Source: Alcanivorax sp.
GTDB lineage: Bacteria > Pseudomonadota > Gammaproteobacteria > Pseudomonadales > Alcanivoracaceae
Assembly (NCBI RefSeq): GCF_014762765.1
Contig: NZ_JABURH010000100.1
Coordinates: 454 to 64,453 of the forward strand
DNA length: 64,000 nt
Direction: 5' to 3'
Shown here: piece after piece, positions 40,007 to 49,657 of the stretch
How the letters are laid out: every line of letters starts with the position of its first letter
Numbering within the stretch: position 1 is the first letter of the stretch
Translations under genes and position numbers: made by a program
Notes under the pieces: model-generated
What the model was told of the DNA's origin: nothing
The model's database searches: none
What the model saw: the letters and a program-made list of their open reading frames with translations, nothing else

Positions 40007-40095
40007 CAGCCGCGGCCTGTGGGCCCGCGCAATGAGCAACCTGATGAAAACCACCGGACACTTGCTGCCGGACACCAGACACTTGGGAGAACAGA

Positions 40096-42036
<1,941 letters not shown>

Positions 42037-42047
42037 CCACCCGTTTA

Positions 42048-42067
42048 CCGGGCCATTGACGGCCCGG
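42048..42067 (+). terminator. GC hairpin after the liu operon (no U-tract)
   Basis: CCGGGCC-ATTGAC-GGCCCGG. Confidence 0.4.
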
Positions 42068-42114
42068 CATAAAGGCGCATCATGTAAGGTTGTACCGGCC
42101 AAGTGATGTAAAAG

Positions 42115-43383
42115 ATGAAGAATAATAAATGCTTGCCGATGATAACGGCTGCTCTGTTGCTGTCGGCATTGTCCGGCGCCATGCACGCCCAGATCATTAC
42201 ACTCACCGGCGAAAGCTTCAAAGCACTGCATGGAAAACAGAGCGGACTGTATTCATTCTTCACCATGCAGGATGGCCGCCTGGCACCAGTGCCACACCAG
42301 TGGGTGCAATGGTCCGAACAGGGTTACCCCTATTTTGAACAGGACGATAGCACCGACCTGGTGGGAGATCCGGCCCGTATCGATGCCGAGGACCGGCTGT
42401 TACTGCGTTTTGAAGATGGCGGTCAGCCGCTTGATGGCCCGGTTACCGAACAGGTGGCAGCCGAACTGGCCGTGGAACAGGCCGGAGAAACGCGCTTTTT
42501 CTATCTGGTAAAGAACGCCTACCTGCAGAATACCGATCGCTACGTACAGTTCGATCCGCAGTCGATGACCATCAAAAGCACCGACTATGCCCTGAGCATG
42601 GCAGACGGCAACCTGTTCAAGTGGAGCGACTTTTACTTTCGTGGCTTTGAGGGCGAAAACGGTGAGCGCCAGAGCATCCTCGACACCCTGAAATTACGGC
42701 TCAGTGCCGGCCTGTTCGGCGAAAACAATCGAGTCACATTGAACAACAACAATCTGGACCCCAAGGTCAAACAGGTAATCAATGGCCCCCTCGCGGCACT
42801 GGTTTACGCCTCGACTTCTGTGACGGTGGCCAAGGTCCCCGTGCTGCGAATCAATAATTATTTCCTGGTGATGCCCAGACAGATGGAGATCCATAGTCGT
42901 TTTACCCTACCCGGTATCGCTGAAACCGTAGTGAAACGCCCGGCACTGGATATCTCTCTGGACGGTAACGGGCTCTATGACAGCCAACTGATGACCAGCT
43001 GGACCGGCAATCATATGGCTATCACTGATGGCCGACTCTCGGATGCGGAAAAAGCCATGCTCAATCAGCCCCTCAGAGGAGACAACTGGATCTGGTTCAG
43101 TACAGGTCGCGGTTTTGATTTGCTCGCCCAGCTGGCTTTCCTGAAAGGATTTAATACCCCTGCCCGCCTCCTTTACCAAGATGATGCGTCATTAGCCAAC
43201 GAGCCTGAGCGTTTTCCAGGCCAACTTCCCAATGTGGGCTTTTCGTTGACAGATATCCCATACGGCCAGGAGTTTTATTTTGTTACGCGGCTGTTCTACA
43301 GCAAGGATAGCCAGGGGCTCACACCCGACCAATATGCAAGCCAGCAACTGGACACCCCGCGTACCCGCATGACGTTGCAATAA
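42115..43383 (+). CDS. exported hypothetical protein
   Basis: 422 aa with a signal peptide (MITAALLLSALSGAMHA). No recognisable catalytic motif. Start 42115 or 42139. Confidence 0.7.
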   Translation: MKNNKCLPMITAALLLSALSGAMHAQIITLTGESFKALHGKQSGLYSFFTMQDGRLAPVPHQWVQWSEQGYPYFEQDDSTDLVGDPARIDAEDRLLLRFEDGGQPLDGPVTEQVAAELAVEQAGETRFFYLVKNAYLQNTDRYVQFDPQSMTIKSTDYALSMADGNLFKWSDFYFRGFEGENGERQSILDTLKLRLSAGLFGENNRVTLNNNNLDPKVKQVINGPLAALVYASTSVTVAKVPVLRINNYFLVMPRQMEIHSRFTLPGIAETVVKRPALDISLDGNGLYDSQLMTSWTGNHMAITDGRLSDAEKAMLNQPLRGDNWIWFSTGRGFDLLAQLAFLKGFNTPARLLYQDDASLANEPERFPGQLPNVGFSLTDIPYGQEFYFVTRLFYSKDSQGLTPDQYASQQLDTPRTRMTLQ

Positions 43384-43440
43384 CATGAGCAAGGGTACCA
43401 ACGACGGAACACTTGTCATTACTGCCATCGGGTTTGTAGA

Positions 43441-45183
43441 GTGAAAGCTCACCCGGTCAGGCGTTCGTTCATGCAGGTACTGTGTTCCGATACGCAGCGG
43501 CAACCACTCACCCACTCCGGGTTTCGTGCTTCCTGGCTGGCGGTTACCTTGTTGTTCTGGCCCTTCTCCGGGTGGGCGTCCTCCGTTTCTGATGAAAACT
43601 GCGAGCTGGTCTACGATTACGGCGATCCTGCGCTGTTTGAATTTGTCGAGACCCGACAGAAAGTGGATTTTAGCCAATACCAAGGGCGTCCCGTCGGCAA
43701 GATTCACTTCACTGTACTCCCCATCTTCAATGAAGAGGATCCGGCAGAAGATAACTGGCTTTATCGTGCTGCGAATTTTCTGCATATCGAAACGCGTAAA
43801 ACCACCTTGCAAAAGCAGATGATCCTGAACAGTGGTGAGCCGCTGGATCGGGATCACCTCAGGGAGAATGAACGGTTGTTACGGGGTAACGACTACCTTG
43901 TAGACGCCATGATCGTACCGCACCAGGTTTGTGCAGATCGTATAGACCTACTGGTAGTGGTCCGGGATGTGTGGACATTTTCACCATCTGCTTCCGCATC
44001 TCGCTCTGGTGGCGATGACAGCACCAGTGCCGGCTTTACCGAAAGCAACTTGCTCGGTACGGGCCAGCGAGTTGCCACCGGTTACTTTGATGATGCAGAC
44101 CGCAGTGGCCACTTCTTCAGCTATCGGAACCCGCTTCTTCCCTCACGAATGCAGCTGAACCTCAGCTACACCAATGCCAGCGACGGAGAATCACTTTCCG
44201 GCGGCCTGCTTCGTCCTTTCTATCAGCTGGACAGCCGCTGGTCTGCAGGTATCGATGTGCAGCGTGAGAATCTTCTTGAGCGCATTGAGGTGAACGATCA
44301 GACGGTGAACCGCTATCGCCTTGAAGACAACCGCTACCAAGCCTTTGTCGGCTGGTCTCCAGGGGTCAATGGCAATAGCGTTACCCGCTGGCGATTTGGC
44401 ATGACCGACGAGGAAGAACGCTTCAGCGATGTGCCAGGAGAAACCACTTCACTGCCCGACAACGAACGTCGCGTTTATCCCTGGCTATCCTGGGAATATC
44501 AGGAGAACGAGCATTTAGTCGCTTCAAACCTTAACCGCGCCCAGCGCCAGGAGGATATTCGTCTGGGCTGGTATCATTTTGTGCGCGTAGGCCATGCCAG
44601 TAAGTCCTTCGGCAGCAATGCGGAATCCGTCATTTTCAACCTGAGCACCAGCGACACCCGTTTTATACGCCAGCATCATCTGTTTCGTAGCAGTCTGTCT
44701 GCAAGCGGACGTTATCAGGATGAGGATTTTATTAGCACAATCTATGGTGGCGGCCTCAGTTATTACTATTTTCTCAACCAGAATAACCGCTGGTTCGCAC
44801 GCCTCAACCTGACTGCCGGCAGTAATCTGCGCCAGGACGAGCAATTAACCATTGGCGGCAACGACAACCTGCGCGGTTACCCCACCAACTACCAGCGTGG
44901 CGACCGCCGTTGGGTATTTTCCGTGGAACGGCGCCGTTTTACCAACTGGCAGATTTTCAATCTGGCCTATGTGGGTGGCGCCGTTTATGTGGATGCCGGG
45001 CAAGCCTGGGAGCAGGGCCAGCCCCGCGGTAGTACCCTGGCCAATGCTGGGCTGGGACTGCGCCTCAGCCCCAGCAAGTTCCGCGTGGACCGAGTACTGC
45101 ACCTGGATGTGGCAACCCCGCTGGTGGATCAGGATCAAGTGGACGATGTGCAGTTCATCGTTACAGGAAGGGTGGATTTTTAG
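43441..45183 (+). CDS. Omp85/BamA-TamA family outer-membrane protein
   Basis: POTRA-like segment (RENERLLR...YL), ESNLLGTG, loop-6-type LRGY and C-terminal Phe (VTGRVDF). Start 43441 or 43471. Confidence 0.75.
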   Translation: MKAHPVRRSFMQVLCSDTQRQPLTHSGFRASWLAVTLLFWPFSGWASSVSDENCELVYDYGDPALFEFVETRQKVDFSQYQGRPVGKIHFTVLPIFNEEDPAEDNWLYRAANFLHIETRKTTLQKQMILNSGEPLDRDHLRENERLLRGNDYLVDAMIVPHQVCADRIDLLVVVRDVWTFSPSASASRSGGDDSTSAGFTESNLLGTGQRVATGYFDDADRSGHFFSYRNPLLPSRMQLNLSYTNASDGESLSGGLLRPFYQLDSRWSAGIDVQRENLLERIEVNDQTVNRYRLEDNRYQAFVGWSPGVNGNSVTRWRFGMTDEEERFSDVPGETTSLPDNERRVYPWLSWEYQENEHLVASNLNRAQRQEDIRLGWYHFVRVGHASKSFGSNAESVIFNLSTSDTRFIRQHHLFRSSLSASGRYQDEDFISTIYGGGLSYYYFLNQNNRWFARLNLTAGSNLRQDEQLTIGGNDNLRGYPTNYQRGDRRWVFSVERRRFTNWQIFNLAYVGGAVYVDAGQAWEQGQPRGSTLANAGLGLRLSPSKFRVDRVLHLDVATPLVDQDQVDDVQFIVTGRVDF

Positions 45184-45254
45184 GTTGCGAGAAGCGGGTT
45201 ACAAGGAGCGAAAAGCTGCTTTTTTTCGGAACTCGTACCTCGTGACTCGCAACT
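45184..45254. repeat. CGAG 7-nt-period palindromic element, copy 2 (inverted relative to copy 1)
   Basis: Reverse complement shares CGAGGTACGAGT and the AAAA..AGC..TTTT..TTCGCT core with 19326-19395. Confidence 0.7.
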
Positions 45255-45288
45255 AGGGACGGTTTACCTCATCTGCAAAATATTCAGC

Positions 45289-45534
45289 TTAGCCCGCCCC
45301 ATTATTGAGACGATGGTACACCTCGTCTTTCAATCGAATCCTTTCTTTTTTTAAACGCTCCATATCCAGATCGGCAATCGGGCTCTCACGCATTTCCAGG
45401 CCCCGTATTTGTTTGTCCAGTTTGTCATGATCCACCACCAGAGCCCGGAAACCGGGATCGTAACTGACCAGCTCGTCAATTTTCTGGCGCTGATCAGGGA
45501 ATTCATGGTGGATGCTGTGATTCTCTCCCAACAT
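45289..45534 (-). CDS. YdcH/DUF465 family protein
   Basis: HEFP...HDKLDKQIRGLE...LKKERIRLKDEVY. SD AAGGAG. Confidence 0.85.
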   Translation of the reverse strand: MLGENHSIHHEFPDQRQKIDELVSYDPGFRALVVDHDKLDKQIRGLEMRESPIADLDMERLKKERIRLKDEVYHRLNNGAG

Positions 45535-45693
45535 GGACATTTCTCCTTTGCGGTAACGTTGAGTAACCCGCTGAGGGCTACGTCTAACTCTCCGACACAA
45601 AAAGCTGCGTCACTGTTCCCATACATCATTAAATCACCACATTTTCTGATTAGATTCAATCAGGCAGGCCCGTAAGATGAAAGGGAGCCTCTA

Positions 45694-45911
45694 AATAACT
45701 CCTTGGATGCTCAGCCTTCCCCACTGGCTCGCAACCGATACTGGCAGAGCACAGAGGGCGCGATTTTGAAGGTGCCCCCTTAAGGGTAATCGAGGTATGT
45801 CCATCGACATTTCACCTTCAACACGCAACAACGAGTGCGGGCCAGCCAGGAAGACCCGGAAGCACTCGCAAAGCATAAAGGCGCGACCTTAAGGGTTCGC
45901 AAGGAGTTATT
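45694..45911. ncRNA. candidate structured non-coding RNA, family unassigned
   Basis: 12-bp terminal inverted repeat enclosing 9-bp and 7-bp hairpins, in a ~460-bp intergenic gap. Confidence 0.4.
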
Positions 45912-45992
45912 CAGAGTCTCGCCTGAGCGCTACGTTGTCACCGGGCAGCTCGGTGGTAGTCGGAACCCTCACTGCACAAAGGAGGCGTGCAC

Positions 45993-46937
45993 ATGGCGTT
46001 ACCGCAATTACTGACCCGCGACCATATCCAGACCGGCCTGACTCAGGCCAGCGAACAATGCCATCAACCTGATGCAGGACTGTTCGGCCCCGGCTCCATC
46101 TGCTGGCAGTTGATGCGCGAAAACCTTACCTGCCTGGCACACGGTCGAGTGATACTGCTGGCACTGGCGGATAGCCGTCTGTCGCAGCTGCTGGTGGATT
46201 CCCATGATCTGGTGCAGCGATTACAGCACACCCAGGTGTTCATGCTGAAGCTGGTCTTCGGCAACCTGGACCAAGCCTTGCTGACACTGGACAGTCCGCG
46301 CATGCGACGCAAGACCCTGTTCGACGTGGATGACAGCGAAACACTGCTGTATGCGCTGACAGCCTGGATGGATTCCTGTCTGACGGTCTATCAAGAGGTG
46401 ATTGAACCGCTGAATTCCGCCCATCAGGAGCGGTTGTTCGAGGAAACCATGCTGCTGGCGCAGGTAATGGGTATCCCTGAAGAACGACGGCCTACAGACT
46501 GGCACGCTCATCGCCGCTGGTGGCAACGTCGTCTTAATCACTCCGGGCCGGTAAGTGATCGGCGCCGCCGACTTGGCCACGAGCTGATCCGTGAACAGGG
46601 TTACCCTGGAAGACTGCCCTACGGCCAGTATCTGCCATTGGCCGCCTTCCAGGTTCCCGAACACCTGAGACAGACATTCCGCTTGCCGCCAACCGGGCTG
46701 GACAGCCATCGGGCCTACCAGAGACATCTAAGCAAGTTGATGGAGATAACCCGACGACTGCCACCACGATTGCGCTATCAACCCGCTTACCATGAAGCTA
46801 GTCAGCGACTGAACGGCCGAGCCCGCGCAGACCTGGCTACCCGATTGCTGAATCGATGGTGGACGGGGGAAAGTGACCTGGTTAACAGCGGCTGGTCAAT
46901 TCCGAAAGTGGATCGGTTGCCCAGCGTGAGTTACTGA
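45993..46937 (+). CDS. DUF2236/oxygenase MpaB family protein
   Basis: GLFGPGSICWQL and the usual domain layout. SD GGAGG before ATG 45993. Confidence 0.65.
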   Translation: MALPQLLTRDHIQTGLTQASEQCHQPDAGLFGPGSICWQLMRENLTCLAHGRVILLALADSRLSQLLVDSHDLVQRLQHTQVFMLKLVFGNLDQALLTLDSPRMRRKTLFDVDDSETLLYALTAWMDSCLTVYQEVIEPLNSAHQERLFEETMLLAQVMGIPEERRPTDWHAHRRWWQRRLNHSGPVSDRRRRLGHELIREQGYPGRLPYGQYLPLAAFQVPEHLRQTFRLPPTGLDSHRAYQRHLSKLMEITRRLPPRLRYQPAYHEASQRLNGRARADLATRLLNRWWTGESDLVNSGWSIPKVDRLPSVSY

Positions 46938-46968
46938 GCATAGATAACAAGCAACAGACTGCACGCCA

Positions 46969-46994
46969 AAAGCCGCACCCGTTGGTGCGGCTTT
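46969..46994. terminator. hairpin terminator between convergent genes
   Basis: AAAGCCGCACC-CGTT-GGTGCGGCTTT. Confidence 0.75.
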
Positions 46995-47009
46995 GGGGGA
47001 TTGCAGAAG

Positions 47010-47828
47010 CTATTTAAAACCGCGATTGTCTTTGACCATTTCATAGGCCTTGCTGATTTCCGCAGTCTTCTCGGTAGCCATACGGATCATCTCTTCCGGC
47101 ACCCCTTTCGCCGCCAGCTTGTCCGGGTGATGTTCACTCATCAGCTTGCGGTAGGCCTTCTTGATCTCCTGATTGGACGCCGACTCACTGACACCCAGCA
47201 CCTGATAGGCCTGCCCCAGCGAAGGCCGCGATGGGCCAGCAGCCCCCTGCCCGGCTCGATATGCACCGCCAGCACCAGAGAACTGGGCCTGGGCCAGCAG
47301 CATGTTGAGAATCTGCTGGAACTGGGCCCTTGGCACTCCCAAACCTTCTGCGACCCGTACCAGCACCTCTTCTTCCGCCTGATGAATCTGGCCGTCGGCC
47401 AGGGCTACCTGCAAAAGAATCTCCAGCAACACCAGAATCAGTTGCTTGCGATGTTTAACGGTGTTGGCGAAATCCGCCACAGTGGCATCCAGCGGAAAGT
47501 CAGCTTCCTTGCCACGGTTGAACAGGGCAATGGCTTCGCGACGCTGCTCCTCGTTGAGCTGCATGCGATCCATCACCGCCCGGGCCTGGGCAATTTCATC
47601 CTCACTGACCCGACCATCCGCCTTGGCCAGGTGCCCCATGATGGAAAACACCGTATCAAACAGGGCTTTCTGAACTTCCGCCTGTTGCGGGCGAACGTTC
47701 TGCACCTGGGCCGCGCCCTTGTCGAGCATGTGTCCGATCAACACCCCGACCCCAAGGCCAACGGGCCCGCCCACCAGCATCCCGAGCAAGCCGAGAATAA
47801 TCTTGCCGCCCCAGTTAAGTTGCATCAT
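47010..47828 (-). CDS. djlA: co-chaperone DjlA
   Basis: N-terminal TM, TerB-like domain (GHLAKADGRVSEDEI) and a C-terminal J domain with HPD. Confidence 0.95.
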   Translation of the reverse strand: MMQLNWGGKIILGLLGMLVGGPVGLGVGVLIGHMLDKGAAQVQNVRPQQAEVQKALFDTVFSIMGHLAKADGRVSEDEIAQARAVMDRMQLNEEQRREAIALFNRGKEADFPLDATVADFANTVKHRKQLILVLLEILLQVALADGQIHQAEEEVLVRVAEGLGVPRAQFQQILNMLLAQAQFSGAGGAYRAGQGAAGPSRPSLGQAYQVLGVSESASNQEIKKAYRKLMSEHHPDKLAAKGVPEEMIRMATEKTAEISKAYEMVKDNRGFK

Positions 47829-47831
47829 TGA

Positions 47832-48614
47832 TCAGCTAATCCGTGGTCTGAACCAGCCAAGGCTGGTCTCGGTGTCCTGTTGCGGACGATACTCCGCACT
47901 GACCCAGCCCTCATAATTCAGGCTATCAATGTGGGCAAACACCGTATCAAAATGAATTTCGCCGGTACCCGGTTCATGGCGCCCCGGGTTATCGGCAAAC
48001 TGAATGTGTCCTATATGGGGACAAAGTCGTGAAAGGGAACGGCACAGGTCCCCCTCCATGATTTGCATATGGTACAAATCGAACTGCAGGCGGATATTGT
48101 CCCGTCCCGCTGCGTCGATAGCCGCCATGGCAGTCAGGGAAGTATCAAGAAAGAAACCCGGCATATCCACTTTCGAGTTGATCGCTTCTACCGTCAGGGT
48201 GATTCCCTTCGCTGCCAGCAGATCAGCGGCAAAGCGCATGTTTTCCATCAGGGTCTGAAACCCCACCTCATAAGGCAATGAGTCCGGACGAATCCCGGCC
48301 AGGCAATTAATCCGCTGGCAATCCAGTTCTTGCGCATACTCCAGGGCCTGAAATACCCCTTCGCGAAACTCCTCCACCCGGTCCGGCAGGCAGGCAATGC
48401 CCCGCTCACCGGCCTGCCAGTCGCCGGGCGGCAGATTGAACAGCACCTGGGTCAGATTATGTTGTTTCAGTTTTTCCGCCAGTGTCGCCGCCGGCCAGTC
48501 ATAGGGAAACAGGAACTCCACCCCCTGGAAACCCGCGTCGGCCGCGGCAGCAAAGCGATCCAGAAACGGCAACTCGGTGAACAGCATGGACAGGTTGGCG
48601 GCAAATCTTGGCAT
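47832..48614 (-). CDS. hyi: hydroxypyruvate isomerase family protein
   Basis: ANLSMLFTE, VEFLFPY, DLYHMQIMEG and HIQFADNPGRHEPGTGEI. Confidence 0.88.
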   Translation of the reverse strand: MPRFAANLSMLFTELPFLDRFAAAADAGFQGVEFLFPYDWPAATLAEKLKQHNLTQVLFNLPPGDWQAGERGIACLPDRVEEFREGVFQALEYAQELDCQRINCLAGIRPDSLPYEVGFQTLMENMRFAADLLAAKGITLTVEAINSKVDMPGFFLDTSLTAMAAIDAAGRDNIRLQFDLYHMQIMEGDLCRSLSRLCPHIGHIQFADNPGRHEPGTGEIHFDTVFAHIDSLNYEGWVSAEYRPQQDTETSLGWFRPRIS

Positions 48615-49513
48615 CAGTGTTCCTCGTCAGCGCTGCCAAGTCGGACGCCATTGAGCCGCTCCAGTTCCAGCAACAAGCCACTGTGGTCCACCTCGCCATT
48701 ACCGCTGGCAAGCAAGGCCCGGTATTCCTCGAACACCCTTTGGCTGAGCGGTAACGTCAGGCCTTCACTACGAGCTTCATCAAGAATCATGCGTAGGTCC
48801 TTGAGCTGAATCCGCGCCGGCGCTCCGGGCTCGAAATTACGCTGCAGCATGCGCTCGCCATGCTGTTCGAGAATCTTGCTGCCGGCAAAACCACCCAGCA
48901 GTGCCTCACGGACTTTTTCCGGCCTTGCCCCGCCTTTTGCCGCCAGCAACAGGGCTTCAGATACCGCCCCGATAGTGATACCGACAATGGCCTGATTGGC
49001 GAGCTTGGCCAACTGGCCACTACCCACCGGGCCGATATGCGTTACCGCTCCCATGGGCTGGAATACCTCTGCAGCACGCACAAACGCCTCATCACCGCCG
49101 CCCACCATGATGGACAGCGTGCCGGCCTCTGCGCCACGGGTGCCACCGGACACCGGGGCATCCAGGTAATCACCGCCCAGTGCTTCGATGCGCGCCGCAT
49201 GGCCACGGGCAACCCCAGGCTCGATAGAACTCATGTCGATCACCAGGGCTCCCTGACGAAGCTGGCTGACTGCACCACTCTGGTAAAGCACCTGCTCCAC
49301 CACCTGGCCACTCTCAAGCATGGTGATCACCACATCCGCGTCAGCGACAGCCTCCGCCGGACTGGCAGCCAGGCGCACTCTGCCAGCAAAAGCTTCCGCC
49401 TTTGCCGGGGTACGGTTCCAGAGCGTCAGGGAAAAGCCGGCATCCAGCAGGCGCGCCACCATGGGGGCGCCCATCAGACCGACACCGAGAAAACTGATTG
49501 AGGGTTGTGACAT
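48614..49513 (-). CDS. beta-hydroxyacid dehydrogenase (2-hydroxy-3-oxopropionate reductase-like)
   Basis: FLGVGLMG, DAPVSGG and KLANQ. Confidence 0.88.
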   Translation of the reverse strand: MSQPSISFLGVGLMGAPMVARLLDAGFSLTLWNRTPAKAEAFAGRVRLAASPAEAVADADVVITMLESGQVVEQVLYQSGAVSQLRQGALVIDMSSIEPGVARGHAARIEALGGDYLDAPVSGGTRGAEAGTLSIMVGGGDEAFVRAAEVFQPMGAVTHIGPVGSGQLAKLANQAIVGITIGAVSEALLLAAKGGARPEKVREALLGGFAGSKILEQHGERMLQRNFEPGAPARIQLKDLRMILDEARSEGLTLPLSQRVFEEYRALLASGNGEVDHSGLLLELERLNGVRLGSADEEH

Positions 49514-49657
49514 GTGGATACCACTTTCACACAGCGCACCGTCAAAGATGCACGCGACAGGAAAAATCTCACGAGCGCCTCAACCGACGCTCTTGAGTGA
49601 TACTGGCGGCAATTATTGCTGATTAGGCCGGATTACACACCCATACAGGCCTGGGGG

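Noticed and set aside
45691-45876. 61-aa minus-strand ORF
   Set aside because: No SD at its first ATG, no recognisable family, and it lies wholly within the structured element.
45694-45911. 6S RNA or retron msr-msd call
   Set aside because: It is not in the zapA/ygfA context and lacks a convincing 6S rod with central bubble. No reverse transcriptase is in the window. It is kept only as an unassigned candidate RNA.
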